Assembly (NCBI GenBank): GCA_016933055.1
Contig: JAFGBS010000031.1
Location: 1 to 32,000 of the forward strand
Length of the DNA stretch: 32,000 nt
Direction of reading: 5' to 3'
DNA from: Promethearchaeota archaeon
GTDB taxonomy: Archaea; Asgardarchaeota; Lokiarchaeia; Sigyniarchaeales; Promethearchaeaceae
Shown here: piece by piece, positions 1 to 8,849 of the stretch
Numbering within the stretch: position 1 is the stretch's first letter
Layout of the letters: every line of letters begins with the position of its first letter
Translations under genes and position numbers: made by a program
The notes under the pieces: model-generated
Databases searched by the model: none
The model's input: only the letters and a program-made list of their open reading frames with translations
Told to the model about the DNA's origin: nothing

Positions 1-612
1 CACCGTATCAATCGTGGAAAGGTCTGTTATAGTGATTCGGATATCCACATCCGTACCCAATTCAGTTGGATCGCCACTTGCTTCATTTAATCCAGAAAGA
101 GAAGGTGCAATAGTATCTTGAACTGTAATAGAATCAGCAAGTGAACTTAAATCACCAATAGTGCTAGCATTCGCGTAAATTGTAAAAGGAATGTTACCTA
201 CCGCATTTGGTTGCCATGTATAATTATATTCATTTCCCGATCCCCAAGTCATTGTATAATTGATCCCACCTATATCAATAAGAACGGTATCCACTCCATT
301 GTCGGTATGGTTTATATCAACCGAAATATTGGCATAATTTCCATACTCCAGTGGGTCGGTTTTGGTCAAATTCTCAATGGTTGGACCGATACTTGCTTTA
401 GGAAATATGCTGGGAAAATCATGAGAAAAATCATCTTCTATCTTAAAACTATTTAAAGTCGTTGGACTTGATTGAATTCCAAAAATCAATCCAAAAAATA
501 GGACAAAGAACAAAATTATAAAGAAGGATTTTCTTACAAGTGTTTTCTTTTTTCGTTTACAAGTGTTTTTTCCTCTTAAAATCTTGGCTAAAGTCATGTT
601 AATCTTTTCCAT
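1..612 (-). CDS. Secreted/cell-surface protein with tandem Ig-like beta-sandwich repeats (N-terminal part; runs off the left edge)
   Basis: Hand translation from ATG at 612 gives 204 open codons: MEKINMTLAKILRGKNTCKRKKKTLVRKSFFIILFFVLFFGLIFGIQSS (basic + hydrophobic signal/anchor), then GPTIENLTKTDPLEYGNYANISV...VDTV...YNYTWQP...FTIYAN...VQDTIAP, then a second repeat start DPTELG...IDTV. Not in the ORF track because it has no stop within the window. Confidence 0.85.
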   Translation of the reverse strand, partial: MEKINMTLAKILRGKNTCKRKKKTLVRKSFFIILFFVLFFGLIFGIQSSPTTLNSFKIEDDFSHDFPSIFPKASIGPTIENLTKTDPLEYGNYANISVDINHTDNGVDTVLIDIGGINYTMTWGSGNEYNYTWQPNAVGNIPFTIYANASTIGDLSSLADSITVQDTIAPSLSGLNEASGDPTELGTDVDIRITITDLSTIDTV

Positions 613-1208
613 TTAATATTGCTAATAATTTTTGGTTAATAGTCGAATTCCTCAGTTACAGATGATGAATTCTACTCTACTCCAATAAAATATTGTAATA
701 AGTAAGAGTGACTATTTAATTACTTAATTAGGAAAAATAATTGTTCCAGTTGCTTAATGAATATTCATCCAAATACTGGAGGTTATCGCAAAAATTTCAG
801 TGTTAGGTGTAAAGTAAACTATGACGAGAGTGGGCATATCCGTCCGTATTTAACAAATCCATTTCTTAAATCTGTATCACAAATGCAGCCGTTTCTCCGA
901 TCTTGATATTGATAAGGTTATTCCAATGATGATCATCGTTCTATGTGCTAGGTTTTGGATAATGGTGGAATGTGCCTTTACAGTTATCGAACTGTTGTTC
1001 TGACTGATCATTTTTTTCTACTTGACTTGATATTTACTCACGTTTTATTCTATCGCTACTTGAATAAATACATATGATACAAGTTAAAAATACTAAAAAC
1101 CCAAAATGTTTGGGAATAGAAAGGAATAGGTCACGTTAATGATAAAAATCGCAAAAAAATTTGTTTATTTTCAAAAAGAGAAATACAAGAAAAATGTAGA
1201 ATAATAAT

Positions 1209-1400
1209 TTATTCTTCGTTTATTTCAATACATTGTTCTGGACATTGAGATTCGCAGCTACGACACCCTGTGCAATTCTCCATCGCAAGTATTACAGTTT
1301 TGCCCCCTTCGGGTTCTCCATAAACATCAAATGCGCAAACATCATAACACGTCCCACAGCCAGTACATTTATCCATATCTATGTTTATTTGAAATGACAT
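1209..1400 (-). CDS. 2[4Fe-4S] dicluster ferredoxin
   Basis: Two CxxCxxCxxxC motifs (CTGCGTCYDVC; CTGCRSCESQCP); GAGGT Shine-Dalgarno-like sequence just upstream of the ATG. Confidence 0.93.
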   Translation of the reverse strand: MSFQINIDMDKCTGCGTCYDVCAFDVYGEPEGGKTVILAMENCTGCRSCESQCPEQCIEINEE

Positions 1401-1429
1401 AATCTTTACCTCGATATTGTGATAACACT

Positions 1430-1605
1430 TTACCTAACTATTTGTTCCATTTTAAAGCTTGTGCTCAATTTATTCCCTATTTCCGAACACATTGAAGGAA
1501 TTACTCTTAATAAAGCACGAACCTCCTCCATAAATACGGGATTTTAATGGGATCTCTAATAGGAACACCATTGCGAACTAAATCTTTCAAATCTTCCAGA
1601 ATCAT
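1430..1605 (-). pseudogene. Possible frameshifted gene remnant
   Basis: ATG 1605 opens MILEDLKDLVRNGVPIRDPIK and stops at 1507; one added A in the AAAA run would continue NPVFMEEVRALLRVIPSMCSEIG to a TAA at 1432-1430. No family recognised. Confidence 0.2.
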
Positions 1606-1687
1606 CCATATCTATTTATGTTGCGATTATGTTATTTTCTCATAGCTTAATAGTAGATAATCAAATCCAAATTATGAGGAACCACAA

Positions 1688-2815
1688 ATGTCATGGAAAG
1701 ATCTCTATTCGGAAGTAAAAGCGAAAAAAATGGCGGCATTAGGAAAGAAAGATGTCGTAAAAGCAGTAGAAGAACATGGAAAAATCTTAGCTATTCGAGG
1801 AAAGTATGAAAAACCCGAAAAAGTAATAAAATACTCTTATGCATCGGTAAAAGATATTATTAGTCCCAGTCAAGTTCCCAAAACCAATCTGTCGAAGTAT
1901 GATGTAGTATTAATAGGGTGTCCAGGTTCAGAAATCCCTAAATCTGGAATGACTAAGTTCCGCGACTATGTAATCAACGATGGAGGTTGGATTCTAACTA
2001 CGGATTGGTGTCTACGTACAGTCATCGACGATGTATTTCCGGGATTTATCCATTGGAATGGCGAAAAGACCGACGACGCGGTTGTGAAATGTGAGATGGT
2101 CGATCCCCATCATCCTTTCCTAGATGGAATATACGGAGAAATTGTCACAGGGCAGTATTCGACAAAAGGTTCTAAGAGTCCTACTTTTTCATGGTGGTTA
2201 GAAGATAAATCCTTTCCAATAACGATCATCCGTCCAGAACTGGTTACAGTACTTATACGAAGTCCTGAAATTGGCAAGAGATGGGGTAAAGATCCGGTTT
2301 TAGTATATTTTGATGTGGGGAAAATGGGTGGTCGAGTTATTCATATGATCTCCCATACACATCTACAAAAGGGAGGGAAAAAGGGACATTTCGTATCCGC
2401 AATGATTTTAACGAACATTTTGGATGAAAAAGTAGGTATTAAGCATGGTGTAAGGAAATCCGGAGGAACTCCTCAATATGCGGATTACGGTAGTACCAGT
2501 TCTAGCTATTCTTCTGGTATTGAATGGGCAAGTCCTGCCACTGGGAGTGTTGGTCAAAACAGCTATGCTCTTCCTGAAAGTCAATCGCAAGGTACTACGC
2601 CGGAATTATTCGGAACAGCCCAAATTGTGGAAGTTATTGATAAGAACACCATACCTGTTGGTCAAAAATGTGCATTGGGGGATGGAAATTTCGTGGATTA
2701 CGTGGGGAAAGTCTATAAATGTGGAAAATGTGGGACTTTATATCACGAAAATTGTCTAAATATTCAATTACAAGACGGCACGTGTAAAATTTGTGGGAGC
2801 ATCTTTTTATTTTGA
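1688..2815 (+). CDS. Uncharacterised protein: class I glutamine amidotransferase-like (flavodoxin-fold) N-terminal domain, S/G/T-rich linker, C-terminal RING/PHD-like zinc finger
   Basis: YDVVLIGCPG and GGWILTTDW strands suggest a GATase-like fold; C-terminus reads CALGD-x11-CGKCGTLYHENC-x8-CKIC. The ORF is clearly real; the fold assignments are inference. Confidence 0.6.
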   Translation: MSWKDLYSEVKAKKMAALGKKDVVKAVEEHGKILAIRGKYEKPEKVIKYSYASVKDIISPSQVPKTNLSKYDVVLIGCPGSEIPKSGMTKFRDYVINDGGWILTTDWCLRTVIDDVFPGFIHWNGEKTDDAVVKCEMVDPHHPFLDGIYGEIVTGQYSTKGSKSPTFSWWLEDKSFPITIIRPELVTVLIRSPEIGKRWGKDPVLVYFDVGKMGGRVIHMISHTHLQKGGKKGHFVSAMILTNILDEKVGIKHGVRKSGGTPQYADYGSTSSSYSSGIEWASPATGSVGQNSYALPESQSQGTTPELFGTAQIVEVIDKNTIPVGQKCALGDGNFVDYVGKVYKCGKCGTLYHENCLNIQLQDGTCKICGSIFLF

Positions 2816-3718
2816 CTCGTCTTGACTGATAGAATTCTTCTCTTTACATTCTTTTTTCCTTTCTTGCAACATAATGGCTTTTTCCAATGTTAAATTTCCA
2901 TTATAAACTTCATTTGCCAGATCTCTGGATAAGGATAATTTGCCTTGACTTTTTTTTCGTGAGGCTCTTTGAATATGCTTTAATTCGGAAATATGAGCTT
3001 CTTTGCTAAATAATTGCTTTAAATCAGAATCAGTTAATTCCTTCCCATGTCGATATCCAATAATTATGGCAGCTTGTTCGTCTCTTGTTATGGATTTTTT
3101 ATATCCTGGATAAAACGCTTTAATGTTTTGAATATGGATTCCATTTTGTTTACTAGATCCCGATTCATCTACAAGAAAAATATGAAGTGGACGTAATAAT
3201 GTTGCGTCCTTTGCTGTTAGAACTCGCAACATGGTACGTAAAGAGCGTAAACTACCTTTTCCTACTTTCACTTCAATATCATTGGACCAGAAACTCTCTG
3301 CACATATATTAATACGTTCAATCACCTTTTCTGCCGAATGAACGATTTCCGTAAAAATTAAGGTTTGATCTAGGAAGTATGCTATACCAATATTTTTTTG
3401 ACCCGGATCAAGTGCAACAAGTAAAGTCGTAAACTTATGAATGCCGTATAGCTCCCGTAAGACATTCAGTATCAAAGATGTAAAACTAGAATACCTCGTG
3501 TAATCAATAATAGAATAGAGTGATTTACAATTTCGATAGTTTTTGGTGTGCTGAATTACCTTCTTACCCTCTGCATCAGTGACAATTAAAGAATTCTTCA
3601 ACGGTAAAGAGGCTTCTGACTCTAATGAAGACCAAATCAGACGCTTTTCCTTTAATTTTCTTGAAAGTAAGTAAAACGCTTTCATATCCCGAATAAAAAG
3701 AAGTAATTTTTTATCCAC
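2807..3718 (-). CDS. YqgF/RuvX-like RNase H-fold nuclease with extra N- and C-terminal regions
   Basis: ALDPGQKNIGIA, VGKGS, LVDESGSS and RDEQAAIIIG match the YqgF D-E-D catalytic layout. Annotated start is GTG; an in-frame ATG (MKAFYLL) is an alternative. Confidence 0.7.
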   Translation of the reverse strand: MDKKLLLFIRDMKAFYLLSRKLKEKRLIWSSLESEASLPLKNSLIVTDAEGKKVIQHTKNYRNCKSLYSIIDYTRYSSFTSLILNVLRELYGIHKFTTLLVALDPGQKNIGIAYFLDQTLIFTEIVHSAEKVIERINICAESFWSNDIEVKVGKGSLRSLRTMLRVLTAKDATLLRPLHIFLVDESGSSKQNGIHIQNIKAFYPGYKKSITRDEQAAIIIGYRHGKELTDSDLKQLFSKEAHISELKHIQRASRKKSQGKLSLSRDLANEVYNGNLTLEKAIMLQERKKECKEKNSISQDESK

Positions 3719-3778
3719 AAGTTTAGATAAAAGTAATAGATTAAAAATATTTCATCAAATCTTAAATTGTGCATCTAT

Positions 3779-4483
3779 ATGCAGTTCTCCTTGACGAATC
3801 CAAAACTTAATTCCCTAGTAACACCGTCAGAAGAAACTGAAAGTATCATCCATGTCTGGAGTAACGACATTGGGGTAGGTATATCGACTTTTTTTTTTGC
3901 TGCATCCCTCTCAAAATTATCGCAAGGTAAAAAAGTGATATACATTAGCACGAAGTCGTTATTTAAAACTGAGAGATTTCAACAATTAATGCAATTCTAT
4001 ACTCCTTTCGATCCCTATAACTTCCTGTTGTATCATCCCACCAGCTTTGCTCAGCAAATTGAAATTATCATGAATTTGGAATTTCTTATTTTGGAAGAGC
4101 TTAGGTTACTAAAAAAAAGTTCGATAGGATTGATTGTTTTGGATGGGGCTTCTATTCTTCGCCATTTAGAGTTGAAATCAGAAGAACATAACCAAAAATC
4201 TCTGAGAGTATATAATACTACTATAGCTACCTTAGAATTTATCCGAACCACCTATCTGATTCCTATCCTCATTTCAAATCGAGCAGTTATTCGAATTAAA
4301 GATGATAAAATAATCTCTCAGCCAGCAAGTAATATAGTAATGGAGTATTGGACAAAAATTCGAATAAAATTGGAACGAACCGATACACCTTCTCTTCGAA
4401 ATATCAAATTGGAAAAACATCCTACTGCACAAAATCTACCAATTCAAATTCAAACCGAATTAACAGAATCGGGTTTTATTTAA
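3779..4483 (+). CDS. RadB-like RecA-family protein with degenerate Walker A
   Basis: SNDIGVGIST sits at the P-loop position, then YISTK, Walker B LIVLDG, ILISN and a C-terminal LEKHP resembling the RadB KHR motif. ATG at 3779 preferred over TTG at 3767. Confidence 0.65.
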   Translation: MQFSLTNPKLNSLVTPSEETESIIHVWSNDIGVGISTFFFAASLSKLSQGKKVIYISTKSLFKTERFQQLMQFYTPFDPYNFLLYHPTSFAQQIEIIMNLEFLILEELRLLKKSSIGLIVLDGASILRHLELKSEEHNQKSLRVYNTTIATLEFIRTTYLIPILISNRAVIRIKDDKIISQPASNIVMEYWTKIRIKLERTDTPSLRNIKLEKHPTAQNLPIQIQTELTESGFI

Positions 4484-5718
4484 TATTGAAATTCTTGTAA
4501 AACTCCCTTTAATATCTCTATAGGCGCATCGGTTTTTATGGATTGAGGTTCAAAATGGGTTCTGGACGCTATAAAGCCCCCCTCTCTTAATTTTTCCATT
4601 ATTTTTAAGGGAGATGGATAAATATAATTCATACTATCTGCGATTTTTGGAATAGAATAAAAATATGGAGGCATTTTATTTTCATCTTTGGCTAACTCAA
4701 CGAATTTTTTTATTCGATTAAAACTGGGAAACTTTTTTACTGCTGGATCTTCTAATTGATTTTCTAACATCGAGAAATAGTGATCACTATGCAGATTACC
4801 CATCCATACTAAACCAGAACTAATCAATTTATTACCACAATTCGGGCATATCCGATCAATCATAGTATTAGTTTCATAATCAAATGATGCTGCAGAGCGA
4901 AATTGACACGTTTTGCAATATAAATAATACCCGAACTTCTGAAGATTTGAATTCACACCTAATATTCCCTTTTTGATTAGTACAAACACACGTACGAAAT
5001 GATTGGCACTAACAGATAAAACAGGTTCAATATAAAGTTCAAATAAATGAGCAATTTTCGCTATATAATAAATTAAAATACGCGTTCCCATTTCTTTCTT
5101 GAATTCTGTTCGAATCGGAGCGGTAAGATATTTTCGGATGCATGCTTCCTTTTTAATTCCAAACAATACGGGAGTATCGGTCGCTGTAACACACAATAAT
5201 CCTCCAATCGTTCCAACAGCGATGCTATACATTGCAGGGGGAATAAATTCACTAGGAGACCCAAAGGGATCGATGTCGATTATATCAAGATAGGAATTTG
5301 TTCTCTCATGGAAATGAGTGAGTAAGAGTTTTGTATCCTCAGAAGAAAGAGTATATTGATCAGATGGTATTTCATTCAAATCCAGATTCTTTTTTATGGT
5401 TTCTACCGCAATAGGATTAATGTCATTAATAAACACCTTTTCAATAAATGCAAAATTCTTCAATAAACGAAGAGATCGTATTCCTGTTGCTGCCATGGAA
5501 TCACAATACGATATTTTTTCATTGCGTTGTTTAGCATAAGTTTCTACAATACAAAGTGTTAGATCTCGGTTAATTGTCATGCGAGGATTATAGAATACAG
5601 ACATGGATTTTCCAATCTTCTTCTTTTCATCTTTAGTGACTTTTTTTTCGGGAAAAAGAAAATGAATTCCTGCTTCTTCGAGTTCGGTTGGGCTATATTC
5701 CTCTTGACGATTTTTCAA
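4480..5718 (-). CDS. trm1: tRNA (guanine-26-N2)-dimethyltransferase
   Basis: VFYNPRMTINRD, DSMAATGIRSLR, NDINP, DIIDIDPFGSP, LCVTATD, HFVRVF, CxxC-CxxC zinc motif and THF. Confidence 0.96.
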   Translation of the reverse strand: MKNRQEEYSPTELEEAGIHFLFPEKKVTKDEKKKIGKSMSVFYNPRMTINRDLTLCIVETYAKQRNEKISYCDSMAATGIRSLRLLKNFAFIEKVFINDINPIAVETIKKNLDLNEIPSDQYTLSSEDTKLLLTHFHERTNSYLDIIDIDPFGSPSEFIPPAMYSIAVGTIGGLLCVTATDTPVLFGIKKEACIRKYLTAPIRTEFKKEMGTRILIYYIAKIAHLFELYIEPVLSVSANHFVRVFVLIKKGILGVNSNLQKFGYYLYCKTCQFRSAASFDYETNTMIDRICPNCGNKLISSGLVWMGNLHSDHYFSMLENQLEDPAVKKFPSFNRIKKFVELAKDENKMPPYFYSIPKIADSMNYIYPSPLKIMEKLREGGFIASRTHFEPQSIKTDAPIEILKGVLQEFQY

Positions 5719-5787
5719 CTTACTTCTTCATAATATACTATCAGCAAAAAGGATAAAGTATTTTCTTCTTCTCACCTAGCATATCCT

Positions 5788-6408
5788 ATGAGTAAGCGTT
5801 GGTTAGCTGAACACCGATCTGATGAATACCATAATAAATCAAAAGAAGATGGCTTCCGCGCTCGTTCTGCATACAAACTCCTCCATATTAATGAGAAATT
5901 CCATATTTTTAAGAATGTTCGGAATGTACTCGATCTAGGCGCATCTCCAGGTTCTTGGTTGCAAGTGACTTTGTCACAACTAAAAGAGAAACGGACAAAA
6001 ATTTTGGGTGTTGATCAGAAAAAAATTCGAGAAATCGAAGGTGTGAAACAATTAAAAATGGATGTATACTCCGATCAATTAGAAGATGAGATTAAAACCT
6101 ATTTTCCTAAAGGAATTGACTTATTATTGAGTGATTTAGCACCAAATACGTCTGGAAATAAGACCTACGATGCAGCTCGTTCGGTGGATTTGGTTAATCG
6201 TGCTTTTGAAATAGCAGAAAAATTTCTGCAACCTGGTGGAAATTTGGTGGCAAAACTCTTTCATTGCCCCGAGATTAAGGAATTAAAACGAAAATTTGAG
6301 CAAACTTTCCAAAAAGTTCAATTCCACAAACCGAAAGCGAGCAGACAACATAGTAGAGAGATCTTCATCATAGCACTTGGGTATAAAAATAAAAAAAATA
6401 ATAAATAA
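5788..6408 (+). CDS. rlmE: 23S rRNA uridine 2'-O-methyltransferase (RlmE/FtsJ)
   Basis: RARSAYKL, VLDLGASPGSW, LSDLAPNTSG, VAKLF, KPKASRQHSREIF; K-D-K-E tetrad present. Confidence 0.95.
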   Translation: MSKRWLAEHRSDEYHNKSKEDGFRARSAYKLLHINEKFHIFKNVRNVLDLGASPGSWLQVTLSQLKEKRTKILGVDQKKIREIEGVKQLKMDVYSDQLEDEIKTYFPKGIDLLLSDLAPNTSGNKTYDAARSVDLVNRAFEIAEKFLQPGGNLVAKLFHCPEIKELKRKFEQTFQKVQFHKPKASRQHSREIFIIALGYKNKKNNK

Positions 6409-6413
6409 ACGAT

Positions 6414-6836
6414 TTATTTCAAGCTTGCAGCGTATGCGGCAGCATCCATTAGATTTGTTTTATCCTTATCGAAATTAGATGGTTTAATTTTAACTATCCA
6501 ACCCACGCCATAAGGATCTTCATTAATTTTCTCTGGTTCATCTTCTAAAGCTTCATTTACTTCAGTTATCTGTCCGGATATTGGAGCAAAGATGTCAGCA
6601 ACAGCTTTCTGCGCTTCGATAGAAATATCTTCGAAAAGATCACCAGCGGAAAAGCTTGCTCCAACCATATCTCCCGCATTTAAATCACAAGTAATTATAT
6701 CACCTAATTGATTCTGAGCGAAATCAGTAATGCCAACAATAGTAATATCGCCCTCTTTCTTCACATATTGGTGCTTATCTGTGTAGAATAATCCTTCTGG
6801 GATGTTAATTTCTTTATCTTCAATTGTTACTTTCAT
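6414..6836 (-). CDS. gcvH: Glycine cleavage system H protein (lipoyl carrier)
   Basis: YTDKHQYV, VGITDFAQNQLGDI, IEAQKAVADIFAPISG (lipoyl-Lys retained), NEDPYGVGWIVKI. Confidence 0.93.
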   Translation of the reverse strand: MKVTIEDKEINIPEGLFYTDKHQYVKKEGDITIVGITDFAQNQLGDIITCDLNAGDMVGASFSAGDLFEDISIEAQKAVADIFAPISGQITEVNEALEDEPEKINEDPYGVGWIVKIKPSNFDKDKTNLMDAAAYAASLK

Positions 6837-6918
6837 GTTTTAATCACGTTAAAATTTGGTTCGATCTTGGTTTATTGTTCAGATTAAAAAAGTTTTTTTT
6901 TATTAAATACTGTATATC

Positions 6919-7824
6919 GTGAAGATGATCTTGAACAAAATCCTCAAAGATGAGGAATTTTCTGAAATTTATCATGAAATTGTAGCAAGTTGTGGATTTT
7001 CCGAAGAGCAAGATGAGAAAGCAAGGGATCTACTTAGAGATATAATTGTGAAAAGAGAAAAATACTCATTAGAGAACACTTTGCATTCCTTGGAAGCAAC
7101 AATTCAAAAATATCATCATATTTTGATTGTAGGAGGAGGACCGGATGCGGTTCAAATCTTGAAATGGATAAAAAATCTAACTAATCCCCCTTATATTAAT
7201 ACTAAAAAACTTTTGGTTGTCGCTATTGATGGAGCTGCAGAGCTTCTTCACCATTTGCATATATCTCCCCATATTATTTTTACTGATTTAGATGGATTGA
7301 CCTTAAAAACTGCAAAAACTATGATGAAATATCGTGACATGTATCTTATCGTACATGCACACGGAGATAATCGACATCGAATCAATGAATTTCATTCTGT
7401 TTTGCATTCAACTAACCAACTTATAGGTACAACTCAAAGTAAAACAAAATTTCCGATCATTAATGCCGGTGGATTTACTGATGGGGATCGCGCTTTGTAT
7501 TTTCTTCAGAATTTTCTCAAAGCTTATCACTATCTCATATTGGTGGGATTTGATTTTGGGAGCACTATTGGAAAATTTTCGAAACCAGAACTCCAAAATA
7601 ATATTCATGCGTCAGAATTAAAAAGAAAAAAATTAGAGTTTGGTGCGCAAATAATCAAAAATCTATGTAAAAAAATGGAATCTGAGGTAATATTTATCGA
7701 ATATCTACACAAGTTTATATTTAAGTCGGAATTGGAACAGAAAAGAAAGTGCACTTTTTTTACTGTTACCTTAGCAGAACAAGTAAAAAATCTTATTCCC
7801 CATGATCTATTATACCTGAAGTAG
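6919..7824 (+). CDS. mptE: 6-hydroxymethyl-7,8-dihydropterin pyrophosphokinase, archaeal MptE/DUF115 family
   Basis: VGGGP, AIDGA, TDLDG, VHAHGDN, GGFTDGDRA and GFDFG motifs; GTG start. Confidence 0.88.
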   Translation: MKMILNKILKDEEFSEIYHEIVASCGFSEEQDEKARDLLRDIIVKREKYSLENTLHSLEATIQKYHHILIVGGGPDAVQILKWIKNLTNPPYINTKKLLVVAIDGAAELLHHLHISPHIIFTDLDGLTLKTAKTMMKYRDMYLIVHAHGDNRHRINEFHSVLHSTNQLIGTTQSKTKFPIINAGGFTDGDRALYFLQNFLKAYHYLILVGFDFGSTIGKFSKPELQNNIHASELKRKKLEFGAQIIKNLCKKMESEVIFIEYLHKFIFKSELEQKRKCTFFTVTLAEQVKNLIPHDLLYLK

Positions 7825-8659
7825 TAATTCTAAATGGTATCTTCCTATTGGGTAATAATCTAGAATTAACTAAATTTGCCCAGCGTCGATCTTCTTCTTT
7901 TTGGAGATATATTAATTCATCCGTGTAATGATTCAATACATATTCCATTATTGAACGGTCAGTAAAGATGGAATCTTCCGCTTTAAATCCTGTGACCTGA
8001 CTTGTAAGTATGGTGATTATATTGTATTTTTGGGTGATTTCACGTAGTTCGGTTAAAATCTTTTTTAATGTATCACGAACTTGGATATTAGAAATTTCAT
8101 CATTCCCTAAATCTACCCGTACATAGTTAGTTAATGAATCGATAATGATGAGTTTAATTTCTTTATCTAATCCCTCGGAGTCTATCTTTCTAAGCATTGT
8201 ATTGATCGCAGAAGTGCTATTTGCTCTAACTACGCGAATATGCGTGAAAACTTGTGTATCCTCGAACCCGTATCCCTCTGATGCAATTTCTTGAATTCTT
8301 TCAGGTCGAAAGGTGCCCTCTGTATCTATATATAATGATGAGATGAAATCCTTGTTTTCTTTATACATTTTATATAATGATATGCATGCATGCATGCAGA
8401 TTTGGGTTTTACCGGTTGCGTACGCTCCATAAATCAAGTAGACGGTTCCCGGTTTAAATCCATCTTTTAATAACTGATTAAAAGCTTTACTTGATAATTG
8501 TATTGGCTTTGAGAATGGCCGATTTGTTTGTTCAGATATTGGTGAAAATGGATAGTGTTTTAAACCCTTTCTTTCTCTAAATTTTTGGACAATAGATTTA
8601 GAACTTTTAGTATCACCGTCATTAAGTAATTTCCATTCCGAAGGATTAAAAATTTCCAT
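7793..8659 (-). CDS. RadA/Rad51-family paralogue lacking the N-terminal HhH domain
   Basis: Walker A GAYATGKTQ, YIDTEGTFRPERIQEIA (RadA/Rad51-type), Walker B LIIIDSLT, ILTSQV. Confidence 0.85.
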   Translation of the reverse strand: MEIFNPSEWKLLNDGDTKSSKSIVQKFRERKGLKHYPFSPISEQTNRPFSKPIQLSSKAFNQLLKDGFKPGTVYLIYGAYATGKTQICMHACISLYKMYKENKDFISSLYIDTEGTFRPERIQEIASEGYGFEDTQVFTHIRVVRANSTSAINTMLRKIDSEGLDKEIKLIIIDSLTNYVRVDLGNDEISNIQVRDTLKKILTELREITQKYNIITILTSQVTGFKAEDSIFTDRSIMEYVLNHYTDELIYLQKEEDRRWANLVNSRLLPNRKIPFRITTSGIIDHGE

Positions 8660-8849
8660 CTTTCCACCTTATTCCAATTAAATCAAATCTTCTTTATAAT
8701 TTCATGGAGTGCTTAGAGGATAGTTATTTAATCATAAAAATATCGTATGTCCTTATATTTTTTAAATAGGTTTCAAAAGCTTTTTTATTTTTCGTTAATT
8801 CAGTTGAATGAGTGCTATTTACGAGCAAACAATAATTTTTGGGGTCTCT

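Noticed and set aside
211-456. 81-aa plus-strand ORF in the track
   Set aside because: Antisense shadow of the real minus-strand surface protein (1-612).
877-1011. ~44-aa minus-strand ORF (MISQNNSS...) in the long intergenic region
   Set aside because: Short, with no motif or SD, and expected by chance.
3889-3898. T homopolymer in the RadB-like gene as a phase-variation or frameshift site
   Set aside because: The frame stays open through it (encodes Phe residues) and homopolymers are common in this AT-rich window.
8382-8397. (ATGC)4 palindromic microsatellite
   Set aside because: Lies within the Rad51-like coding helix (ICMHACI); only four units and no sign of function.
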